DNA of 64,000 nucleotides, taken from Candidatus Omnitrophota bacterium (lineage in GTDB: Bacteria; Omnitrophota; Gorgyraeia; Duberdicusellales; 4484-171). The notes beneath the pieces are model-generated. The model ran no database searches, was not told the origin of the DNA, and was given only the letters and a program-made list of their open reading frames with translations. The position numbers and the translations under genes were made by a program. Below are positions 27,598 to 35,559 of the stretch, in pieces (the stretch's first letter is position 1; each line of letters opens with the position of its first letter). The stretch covers positions 192,001-256,000 of the forward strand of contig JAIPGM010000001.1 in NCBI GenBank assembly GCA_021735655.1, given 5' to 3'.

Positions 27598-28944
27598 TTA
27601 TTCACTTAAATTGTTGGTAATATTTTGCTGGGCATAAACTTCATTAACATAAATTCCTAGCCCTTCTGGGGAGAATCGCTTTTTTGGAACAATGCGTATA
27701 CACCCTTTATATTTTTCAATTACATCTTTTCGAATCATTTTTTTAAATGTTTTTAAACTTTTGTTGTAGTCGTGGCTCGGCCAGAAATTGTATTTTTTAT
27801 TTAGGCGGGAGTAATTTAAAAAACGATCCGGGTTAGATATTATTTTTTCCAGATCGCAGTTAAACCGGTCATTGAAATAATCTATATTTATTCCCTCGGG
27901 TAATAGAAGCTGTAGGTAGATAGCACGTAGAAGGCTCCAGTAAAATGGTTTGTCGTTAGAGAGAAGCGCTTTGGTTTGGCTGAGAGGATTTTTGATGTAC
28001 TCTTTGATATTTATTGAATTCATGCCGTCCCAGCCTATGGCTCCGGCGCCAAGGCCCATAAAGGGAACGCAGAAAACAAAGATTAGTTCTGATAGAAACT
28101 CTTTTCCTTTTTTGGCAAAATAAGTATGAAAATAATTAGGATATCCATTGTTAGATAAATAGTCGTAGGCATGGAGGATTAAATCTAAATTGCCCGCTAT
28201 CAAGTTCATTCGGTATGGGTTGAATATTTTTTTTTCGATTATGTTCGTTGATTTATCAAATAAGGGGCCAGGCACCGGGAGTAAGGTGGCATAAGACATG
28301 TGGTCTGGTTCCATGCTAACAGCAATTTTTAAGTCATCTTTGCATTCGGAAAACGTCTGGCCTGGAAAGTTGCATAGCAAGTCAAGGTTTACGTTTTTAA
28401 AACCAACCTTACGTATGCGATCGTAACTAGAATAAATATCCTTTGCTCGGTGGTCGCGGTTTAAGCCTGAGAGGATTTTGTTATTAAAAGTTTGCACCCC
28501 GATACTTATTCGGTTAAACCCTATAGATTTTAAGCCGCGGACTTTTTGGTCAGTTAAAGAATCAGGAGTTGCTTCTATGCTTATTTCTACGATGTCGCTT
28601 CTATTTTGTCCGGAGCAGGAAAGTATTGAAGAAATTATCTTATCCAGTTCTTTTACCGAGAGTAAAGACGGAGTTCCTCCGCCAAAATAAATTGCTTTTA
28701 GCTTTGTTTTTCGGTTTTTTTCGGAACAAAAGCTTTTTACCGCGAGCTCTTTTAAGAGAGCTTTGATGTAAGGGGTTTTTAGTTCTTTTAAGGCTAGAAA
28801 ATCATTATTATACCTGCGGCAGAAACAACAGAAGTGACATTTGTATTTACAAAAAGGGATGTGGACATATACTAGTGATAAGTCATTGGATTGTCGTAAC
28901 TGCGGTATGGTAAGAGTTGCTTTGGATTTTTGTAGATTGCCCAT
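27598..28944 (-). CDS. HemN/HemW-like radical SAM enzyme (class-C rSAM fold; coproporphyrinogen-III-oxidase family)
   Basis: The N-terminus is VYVHIPFCKYKCHFCCF (CxxxCxxC, ~28810-28860 on the - strand). The family-specific YFGGGTPSLL motif is present. Confidence 0.7.
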   Translation of the reverse strand: MGNLQKSKATLTIPQLRQSNDLSLVYVHIPFCKYKCHFCCFCRRYNNDFLALKELKTPYIKALLKELAVKSFCSEKNRKTKLKAIYFGGGTPSLLSVKELDKIISSILSCSGQNRSDIVEISIEATPDSLTDQKVRGLKSIGFNRISIGVQTFNNKILSGLNRDHRAKDIYSSYDRIRKVGFKNVNLDLLCNFPGQTFSECKDDLKIAVSMEPDHMSYATLLPVPGPLFDKSTNIIEKKIFNPYRMNLIAGNLDLILHAYDYLSNNGYPNYFHTYFAKKGKEFLSELIFVFCVPFMGLGAGAIGWDGMNSINIKEYIKNPLSQTKALLSNDKPFYWSLLRAIYLQLLLPEGINIDYFNDRFNCDLEKIISNPDRFLNYSRLNKKYNFWPSHDYNKSLKTFKKMIRKDVIEKYKGCIRIVPKKRFSPEGLGIYVNEVYAQQNITNNLSE

Positions 28945-29064
28945 GATTGGAAGTTATTATATCTCTTGTAACTAAACCGGGCAATGCTTTTCTTGGTGGT
29001 GTTTTACTGATTGGAAGCAAATTCGTGCGATAATTCATGATTTTAGATAATAAACAGCGTATAT

Positions 29065-30204
29065 ATGAGTTGGAAAAAGCTAAATCATAAGACGGTTCCC
29101 GGCAACAAAGACTTAAACCTGACAACATGGAAATTTAGTCCGGTTTCGGGAGACAAACATGGGGTTATTTCTTTGGAGCGAATCAGAGATAAAGCAAGCA
29201 CAAAGGCAAAATCTACTCTTCTTTATTTACCGGGAACCTGGGGAAATTCTACTTTAATTGATTATCGGGAGAACTACGAGTTTCGTATTTATCTTGCTCG
29301 GAACCAGGTAGACATTTTTAGCTTAGATTATCGGACCCACAGTGCTGATATCCAAGACCAAGATAATTTATCGTTTATGGCCGATTGGACTTATGGGGTA
29401 TTTTTGGAAGATATTAAAAAAAGCGTCGATTTTATCAAGAAAATTACCAAAACAGATAAAATATTTATTGCTGGGATGAGCAGAGGTGGGACTCTGGCTT
29501 ATTATTATGCTTGTCGTAATTGGTTTAGCGATCTTGCCGGTTTGATTATCCTCGACGGCTCTCTTTGGTGGGATTATTTTTCCTTTGATCACAAAATTAC
29601 CTTAAAAGAGGCCTTAGATTCTTTTCGTATTCAGGCAGCTTTTCAAGAAGAGACAGCTTCCCGAGAACAATTAATGAATGTTGGACGGTACTCTATTAAT
29701 CTTAATTTTACTAAGCAGCTAATACAGCAAGCGATTGATAACCCCAATGCTCCTAGTCCAGTTGAGGGGCCTAAGAATTTAGCGGAATATATGGCCGAAA
29801 GGATACATAACAGTCGAGGGCCTTGCTGGGGGTCTAAAGGTATAGCTAATCTATTTGAAGGGTATAATAATATTGAAATTTTGCTAGCTTGGCTGCTGTC
29901 TAAGGATCCTTACTGGCCTATTGTTCAGATTGCTGAATCAATATCTTTGCACAGCCAAGGTATAGGGTCTTCTGAGATAACTTATGCAAATCAAATAAAT
30001 GAGGTAGATGTGCCAGTAATTGCTTTTTTCTCTCAATGGTACTATTCTTTAGATGAAAAACTAAAGGCAACAAAATATATAGGCAGTCGCGATGTTACAA
30101 CGCAGATATTAAATAACTGGGGGCATGCTGATATTCTTTTTGGTGAATATGCACATAAAAAAGTCTTTAAGCCAATGTGTAGATGGTTAAAAGAAAAGGT
30201 ATAG
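29065..30204 (+). CDS. Alpha/beta-hydrolase fold protein
   Basis: The nucleophile elbow is IFIAGMSRGGTLA (GxSxG). The C-terminus NWGHADILFG provides an acid/His region. Its function cannot be assigned. Confidence 0.6.
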   Translation: MSWKKLNHKTVPGNKDLNLTTWKFSPVSGDKHGVISLERIRDKASTKAKSTLLYLPGTWGNSTLIDYRENYEFRIYLARNQVDIFSLDYRTHSADIQDQDNLSFMADWTYGVFLEDIKKSVDFIKKITKTDKIFIAGMSRGGTLAYYYACRNWFSDLAGLIILDGSLWWDYFSFDHKITLKEALDSFRIQAAFQEETASREQLMNVGRYSINLNFTKQLIQQAIDNPNAPSPVEGPKNLAEYMAERIHNSRGPCWGSKGIANLFEGYNNIEILLAWLLSKDPYWPIVQIAESISLHSQGIGSSEITYANQINEVDVPVIAFFSQWYYSLDEKLKATKYIGSRDVTTQILNNWGHADILFGEYAHKKVFKPMCRWLKEKV

Positions 30205-30271
30205 ATGTTAAACTGTATTCATGATAAAATAGTTTTCATTTTACTGGAAAGGAAGGGATTAAGGGCAAACA

Positions 30272-31510
30272 ATGAATATATGTATATTAGGTAAATATCC
30301 TCCGATACAAGGAGGGGTTTCAACTTGCAATTATTGGTTGAGCAAGGCTTTAGGGCAACGTGGACATAAGGTTTTTGTTGTAACCAATGCTGAAGAAGCT
30401 GGTTTTGAATATAGAGAGCAGATTTATCCTTCTGATGCCCGTCAGCTTGAGCCAAAAAATGTAAGAGTATTCAGTACGCAGCCTTTGAGTAGGCGTTTTA
30501 TCCCTCAGTATCAGCCGTTTATTGCTAAGCTTGCCAGCATGGCAATAGAAATTGTGAAAAAGAATAAAATAGATGTGCTTTACTCAAATTATCTGCTTCC
30601 TTATGGGGTTGCTGGTCTTTTGGTTAAGCAAGCTACGGGTGTGCCTTGGTTTTTAGATCATGCTGGCAGTGACATTACTAATTTATTTGATGAGCCAGAG
30701 CTTAGGCCTATTTTTCTTGAGCTGTTTAAAAATGCAGATTTGGTAGTTAATTCGCCCCAGGTCAAAAGCCGGTTGGTAGATTCAGGGGTTATCCCTGAAG
30801 ATAAACTATCACCTTCTATTGGAAAGATGTCTTACACTAGGGCTCTAGACGATAGTTTTCACCCTCAAGCAAAACCTTTTGATTTAAGTGATTATTTTGA
30901 TCGGTTTAACAGACGCTTACCAGTTTTTACTTTTCTAGGAAAGATTTCTCCCCTCAAAAAAACTTTTGCCTTTGTTGAAGCTGCAGCTAAATTGCCTAAA
31001 GGTAAGTTTTATCTTTTGTTTGTTACCGAAAAAGGGCGGATGCGGATTCATTTGAGGAATTTAATAAGAGAAAAGGGTTTGTTGCCTTACACTTGCCTGT
31101 TGGATTTTAAGCCGCCTTGGCTGGTACCTTCTATCATTACCGCTTCTACGGCAGTGGTTGCCCCAGAAAGCGAAGAGACTCCTTATTTGCCTGAAGGCAC
31201 TCACGGATCCAAAATAGGTTTAGAGGCAATGCTTTGTGGGCGTTGTGCGGTAATCGGAAAAGGAATGAGTAAGAAAGCTTTTTATTATGGTTGTAAAGAT
31301 AAAGAACACTTTTTGGTGGTTGATCCTCATAATATTAATACTTTTGCTAAAAAACTTAAGCTTATTGTAGATGATCCTGGTTTAGCTTATAAAATTGGAA
31401 AAAAAGCCAGGGCTGTTTGGACTGCCAGACGGAATTTTTTTGAGGCTTCCCTAGACTTGTTTGTTAAAAATTTCAAAATAGCTATCCTAAAGAATTCATG
31501 CCTAAGGTAA
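30272..31510 (+). CDS. Glycosyltransferase, GT4-like (GT-B fold)
   Basis: The N-terminus ICILGKYPPIQGGVSTCNYWLSKALGQRGHKVFVVT resembles the Glyco_transf_4 N-domain. The C-terminal domain is divergent. Confidence 0.55.
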   Translation: MNICILGKYPPIQGGVSTCNYWLSKALGQRGHKVFVVTNAEEAGFEYREQIYPSDARQLEPKNVRVFSTQPLSRRFIPQYQPFIAKLASMAIEIVKKNKIDVLYSNYLLPYGVAGLLVKQATGVPWFLDHAGSDITNLFDEPELRPIFLELFKNADLVVNSPQVKSRLVDSGVIPEDKLSPSIGKMSYTRALDDSFHPQAKPFDLSDYFDRFNRRLPVFTFLGKISPLKKTFAFVEAAAKLPKGKFYLLFVTEKGRMRIHLRNLIREKGLLPYTCLLDFKPPWLVPSIITASTAVVAPESEETPYLPEGTHGSKIGLEAMLCGRCAVIGKGMSKKAFYYGCKDKEHFLVVDPHNINTFAKKLKLIVDDPGLAYKIGKKARAVWTARRNFFEASLDLFVKNFKIAILKNSCLR

Positions 31511-32991
31511 TACTTATAAGTATTGATGGGGCTTGTTGGCCGGCAATGAATCACTTGTTTAAGAAAGGTGATTTACCGGTTTTAAGCCGCTTAGTAGACC
31601 AAGGGGTCAGCGGGACTCTTAATAATATTAATATGCTTGAGGCTGATCTTTGGGAGATTTTTGATATATACCGAGAGTATATCAAGAAGATCCCTCGTTT
31701 AGGGAGCCATTCGGATTTATCGGATTGGTTGACTTCAATGACTGGTTTTTTACCTAAGGTTCATGGAGTTATTTCCTCAACCGAAAAAGATTCACGTGGC
31801 AGAGAAATACCAGCTTCTCGAAGGACCAGGAAACGTCCGGTAGCATGGGAGATCTTGGCAAATAAAGGCAAAACAATAGGGGTAATTGGCTGTATGGGTG
31901 ATTGGCCCCCGATAGCTTTGCCTCATTATAATGTATCTAGATTTTACAATGTTGATGATATTTATTTTCGCAAAGCTAATAAGGATGCTGACAGTGGCTG
32001 GAAGCTAAACTTAGATAATCTGCATTCCCGGTTAACTTACCCGGCTAACTTAGCAAAAGAGCTGCTTAAGTTTAAGCCGGATAGTCAAATAGAGTCATTC
32101 ATTCAGAGAGGTAAGCCTTATATTAGAGGGGCTTTGTCTTATAAATTACGCTACGATAGTTTGTATTGCCAATGGGCTAAATATCTTCTTAAACGTTTTC
32201 CTCAGCCTGATTTTTTTGCCCTTTCTTTGCATGAAATACATTCCTTGTCACATCTTTTCTGGGATTGCCTGCCTCTGGCCAAGAAAAGATTTAAGGGCGC
32301 GGTTCATCGGCGTCGACAAAAAAAGTATGGCGGGATAATTGAGGATTATTATCGTTACATTGATAAAAATATTGGCGAAGTATTGAAACTGAGCGATAGT
32401 GATTCTACGGTTATGATTCTTTCTCACTACGGCATGGTCGATTCACGAATATTTAAGAAGTACATATTTATGGATAAAATTTATCATAAATTAAATTTTT
32501 TCTTTTATGATGACGGTATTGATTGGGATCGAACCAGCGTGTATGATAATGTTAATCCTTGGGGTATATACGCTGTACGAAAGGGTTTTATCCGCGGACG
32601 CAACCCCCAAAAAATATTTTTATCTTTAAGCAGGAAAATGAAAAAGATAATCACCAATAAAGGTGAGCCTTTGTTTTTGGATATATCATTTGAAAAACAA
32701 GATAATTCATTTAAAGTAGTGCCGAATTACAAGGCCATAAACTATTCGACAAAGATATTAATCAAGGGCGAGGAGATACCAGTAAAGGAGTTAGTAGATT
32801 TTAAACCGCATTATTCTATACATAATCCTGAAGGGGTTTTCATTGTCTCAAGTCGCAAGAGACAATCTTTAAAGGTTATCAAGGATAAAGTTGATTTTTT
32901 GGACATTTTGCCTACGATTTTTTCCTTTTATGGGATAAAAAAAGATCCTAAAATGTCCGGTGAGGTATTTGTAGACAGAAAAAGGAGGTAA
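31498..32991 (+). CDS. Alkaline-phosphatase superfamily protein (type I phosphodiesterase/nucleotide pyrophosphatase-like)
   Basis: The N-terminus KVILISIDGACWPAMNHL matches the Phosphodiest (PF01663) start (metal-binding Asp in ISIDG). It has a long C-terminal extension. Confidence 0.6.
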   Translation: MPKVILISIDGACWPAMNHLFKKGDLPVLSRLVDQGVSGTLNNINMLEADLWEIFDIYREYIKKIPRLGSHSDLSDWLTSMTGFLPKVHGVISSTEKDSRGREIPASRRTRKRPVAWEILANKGKTIGVIGCMGDWPPIALPHYNVSRFYNVDDIYFRKANKDADSGWKLNLDNLHSRLTYPANLAKELLKFKPDSQIESFIQRGKPYIRGALSYKLRYDSLYCQWAKYLLKRFPQPDFFALSLHEIHSLSHLFWDCLPLAKKRFKGAVHRRRQKKYGGIIEDYYRYIDKNIGEVLKLSDSDSTVMILSHYGMVDSRIFKKYIFMDKIYHKLNFFFYDDGIDWDRTSVYDNVNPWGIYAVRKGFIRGRNPQKIFLSLSRKMKKIITNKGEPLFLDISFEKQDNSFKVVPNYKAINYSTKILIKGEEIPVKELVDFKPHYSIHNPEGVFIVSSRKRQSLKVIKDKVDFLDILPTIFSFYGIKKDPKMSGEVFVDRKRR

Positions 32992-32994
32992 GTT

Positions 32995-33288
32995 ATGAAA
33001 GCCGACCAGTTAAAGGGCAAGTGCATGACTATTAACGAAGAAATTATTTCTTGGCGAGAGATCGACAAAGAGGTAGTATTTCTTAATAAACAGGAAAAAA
33101 GTTTTTACGAATTAAACAAAACAGCTGAGATCATTTGGCGCCAGTTAGCCAAAGGCGGTAAACTGACTCAGGTAATTTCTCAGGTTCAAAAGAAATATAA
33201 GAAAGTAGGTAAGCAAGACATAGAAAGAGATGTAATTGCTTTTATTGCAGATGGAATTAAGAAAAAAATATTTATTGTTAATAAATAA
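32995..33288 (+). CDS. PqqD-family peptide chaperone / RiPP recognition element (RRE)
   Basis: It is 97 aa. VVFLNKQEKSFYELNKTAEIIWRQLAKGGKLTQVISQV...DVIAFIADGI fits the PqqD/RRE winged-helix consensus (hhLN..t...h.LN.tA..IW..L.G..t...I). RBS AAGGAGG lies at 32982-32988. Its stop overlaps the start of the rSAM/SPASM gene by 1 nt. Confidence 0.7.
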   Translation: MKADQLKGKCMTINEEIISWREIDKEVVFLNKQEKSFYELNKTAEIIWRQLAKGGKLTQVISQVQKKYKKVGKQDIERDVIAFIADGIKKKIFIVNK

Positions 33289-34442
33289 TGGCTAAGAAAA
33301 AACATTTTCTTCAAAATCCATTTTTTATTATCCAATGGCATATAACTGAACGCTGTAATTGGCAGTGTAAGCATTGCTATCAGGACAAGGCGCCGGTGCC
33401 TGAACTGCCTTTTGGCAAGCTAGAAGGGGTTCTTGGCCAATGTATGGAACTGTTTAAGACTCTAAACGTTCCCGCTAAGCAAGCTTACATGCATATAGGG
33501 GGAGGAGAGCCTTTCTTGCGGAAGGATTTTTTTAAATTCTTAAAGTTGCTGAGCGTGCATAATGATTATTTAAGAATTCAGATAATGACTAACGGCTCAT
33601 TACTTACGCAGTCGGTAGTTAAAGAATTAAAAAGAATGAAGGTGAACGCAGTGCAGGTTAGCTTAGAAGGATTTGAGCAAACTAATGATCAAATAAGAGG
33701 TCCGGGAAGTTTTAATAAGGCTTTGCGGGCTATAGAGTTGCTGATAAAGAACAAAATTTCCACCAGAGTTTCGCTTACCTTGACCAGGATGAATTTAAAC
33801 GAAATAGATGATTTAGCTGTGTATCTTAAAAGCCTCGGGGTCAGGTCTTTTGGAATCCGCAGATACTTTCCTGAAGGAGAAGGTGGGCAGCTGAAGGAGT
33901 TCATGCTTTCGCCTTTAGAAATGAAAGAGTATTATCTTAGGCGTGAGGCTTTGAAGAAAAAATTAGATGTACCGGGAAAATTTTGGGTTTCTAAAGTTTG
34001 TGAAGATGCATGCTATCTAAGCAGTCAGGATCAGTCTTGTCCAAGCTGCGGTATTACTAGAGGATGTCATCTAAATATTTTTACCAACGGCGACATTCTC
34101 GCCTGTAGGCGTTGTCCGATAGTAGTTGGTAATGTATTAAAGGATAGGTTGCTTGATGTTTACTTTTCTTCCGATACCTTGTGGGCTTTGCGGAATTTAG
34201 ATAATGTCAATCCAGAATGTAGGAAATGCACCTATTTCGATAGATGCCTCGGTGGTGCTAAGTGCGAGTCTTATTCTTATTTTAATAATCCATTTGCTCC
34301 TGATCCCCAATGTTTTAGGTTATTTACCGATCTCCCGGATCCACAGAGATATAATAGGCAGGCAGAGAAAATGGAAGTACAAAAGGTTAGTGCTTTTAAG
34401 GGAGAAAAAAAGTTTACGGATGAGATTGAAGATGTGATATAA
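33288..34442 (+). CDS. Radical SAM/SPASM-domain enzyme (peptide-modifying maturase type)
   Basis: The motif is ERCNWQCKHC at ~33354-33377. The C-terminal SPASM region has seven or more Cys (CPSCGITRGCHLNIF...CRRCP...CRKCTYFDRCLGGAKC). It is flanked by a PqqD protein and a small Cys-rich ORF. Confidence 0.85.
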   Translation: MAKKKHFLQNPFFIIQWHITERCNWQCKHCYQDKAPVPELPFGKLEGVLGQCMELFKTLNVPAKQAYMHIGGGEPFLRKDFFKFLKLLSVHNDYLRIQIMTNGSLLTQSVVKELKRMKVNAVQVSLEGFEQTNDQIRGPGSFNKALRAIELLIKNKISTRVSLTLTRMNLNEIDDLAVYLKSLGVRSFGIRRYFPEGEGGQLKEFMLSPLEMKEYYLRREALKKKLDVPGKFWVSKVCEDACYLSSQDQSCPSCGITRGCHLNIFTNGDILACRRCPIVVGNVLKDRLLDVYFSSDTLWALRNLDNVNPECRKCTYFDRCLGGAKCESYSYFNNPFAPDPQCFRLFTDLPDPQRYNRQAEKMEVQKVSAFKGEKKFTDEIEDVI

Positions 34443-34479
34443 TTATAGTGATAATATTATAGTAGACAGGAGATTAGCT

Positions 34480-34653
34480 ATGGTTAGCCATTCGAAAAAG
34501 AAAAAAGAGAAAAACCAAGACAAAATTGCCTCTTCAGTTGCTGCGTACGAAAAACCTAAGTTTAAAAAAATTAAACTGCTCGATCCCAAAGAGGCAGGCA
34601 TTGCCGGAACTACGGCTGGCTGCGGCTGCTGCGGTTGTTGCTGTTGTTGGTAA
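34480..34653 (+). CDS. Unannotated 57-aa small ORF, candidate RiPP/cofactor precursor peptide: Lys-rich leader + Cys-rich core GCGCCGCCCCW
   Basis: Absent from the ORF track because it is under 60 aa. ATG at 34480 has AGGAG 6-10 nt upstream (34469-34473). The translation is MVSHSKKKKEKNQDKIASSVAAYEKPKFKKIKLLDPKEAGIAGTTAGCGCCGCCCCW, ending in TAA at 34651-34653. It lies 38 nt after the rSAM/SPASM gene and 16 nt before the kinase gene, on the same strand. Confidence 0.6.
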   Translation: MVSHSKKKKEKNQDKIASSVAAYEKPKFKKIKLLDPKEAGIAGTTAGCGCCGCCCCW

Positions 34654-34668
34654 TTTTCTAACTTTTGT

Positions 34669-35559
34669 ATGAGTAAATACTACAATGTAGGTTACCCTCT
34701 TGCAGGAGATTGTCGTGGAGTTATCCAAATACGTACTAAAAGTAAATACCTGTGGGACCTCTTGTGTGGTAAATATGCTATGCTTTTTGGCCGTAAGGCC
34801 TTAAGTGGAAACAATGCTATCCGACGAGATTTTTTCATAGATTTTAATTTTATCTCTGATTATCAAGGTTTAGCCAAAAAAAACAAATCTAAATCTTTAG
34901 ATTTTTCTTGCCAGTTTGATAAAAAGTCAATAATTTATAACTTGGTTACCCCTAGGGGGTCCTCATTGGAAATAAACTATTTTAAGCGTTACGCCCAAGT
35001 GGGCTTGATTGAAAAAGATCCGATGATAACTTACTTTGTTGACAGGATGATTCTTTTTACCTATTCGTTAGCTAGAATGTTTATGGTCCATGGTGCTTGG
35101 GTAAAAAGAGGTAAATCTTCATTTTTTCTCATTGGTCGCAGTGGGGTAGGTAAAACAACCATAAGTTCTTTGTTAACCAATCAAAGTAAAGATTACAAAC
35201 TTATGGATGATGACAGTCCGTTTATTTTTCAGGCTGATGACACTTTGTTTGCTGCCTCCAGAGATCAGCGGCTAGTTGAATATTCACCAAATTATTTGTT
35301 TTTTATATCGAAGAAACCGCGCTTAAAGAGTGAAGCCTGCCCTTTAAGTTCTAAAGAGTCATTTAAGAGGTTAATTGAACACTCAGACGTAATTTTTAGA
35401 AAAAATGACCCGATGACCGATTATCGTTTGGATGTCTTAAGGAAATTGGCAATGCGTTGTAAATCATATCTATTGATTAACGGCAAAGATTTGATTGGTA
35501 GCAAAGTTTTGGCTTCTACTTTATTTAATGGTATTATCAAAAGGAGAAAAAATGCGTAG
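34669..35559 (+). CDS. HprK-related serine kinase (HPr kinase C-terminal-domain-like P-loop kinase)
   Basis: SSFFLIGRSGVGKTTISSLLTNQSKDYKLMDDDSPFI is comparable to the HprK/P block vLitGdSGvGKSE..LeLi.rGhrLvaDD (P-loop plus the downstream DD). It has no N-terminal HprK domain, so it resembles the stand-alone HprK-related kinases seen in RiPP clusters. Confidence 0.7.
   Translation: MSKYYNVGYPLAGDCRGVIQIRTKSKYLWDLLCGKYAMLFGRKALSGNNAIRRDFFIDFNFISDYQGLAKKNKSKSLDFSCQFDKKSIIYNLVTPRGSSLEINYFKRYAQVGLIEKDPMITYFVDRMILFTYSLARMFMVHGAWVKRGKSSFFLIGRSGVGKTTISSLLTNQSKDYKLMDDDSPFIFQADDTLFAASRDQRLVEYSPNYLFFISKKPRLKSEACPLSSKESFKRLIEHSDVIFRKNDPMTDYRLDVLRKLAMRCKSYLLINGKDLIGSKVLASTLFNGIIKRRKNA

Noticed and set aside
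34621-34650. TGC/TGT/GGC-rich stretch, which could be read as a low-complexity DNA repeat or microsatellite
   Set aside because: The codons are not a perfect tandem repeat (tgc ggc tgc tgc ggt tgt tgc tgt tgt tgg). They are in-frame with a strongly initiated ORF in a maturase context, so a coding interpretation is preferred.
34534-34728. Minus-strand 64-aa ORF (…TTATTAAAAASRSSGNA…) overlapping the Cys-rich small ORF
   Set aside because: It is the antisense shadow of the plus-strand 34480..34653 ORF. The runs of GCA/GCC antisense to TGC/TGT give poly-Ala/Thr. It has no RBS and runs against the operon direction. The plus-strand reading has an AGGAG RBS and fits the PqqD/rSAM context.
35495-35551. 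ORF-track N-terminal extension (MVAKFWLLLYLMVLSKGEK) of the secreted protein
   Set aside because: It overlaps the kinase gene by 64 nt and has no RBS. The internal ATG at 35552 has AAGGAG at optimal spacing and yields a canonical signal peptide.
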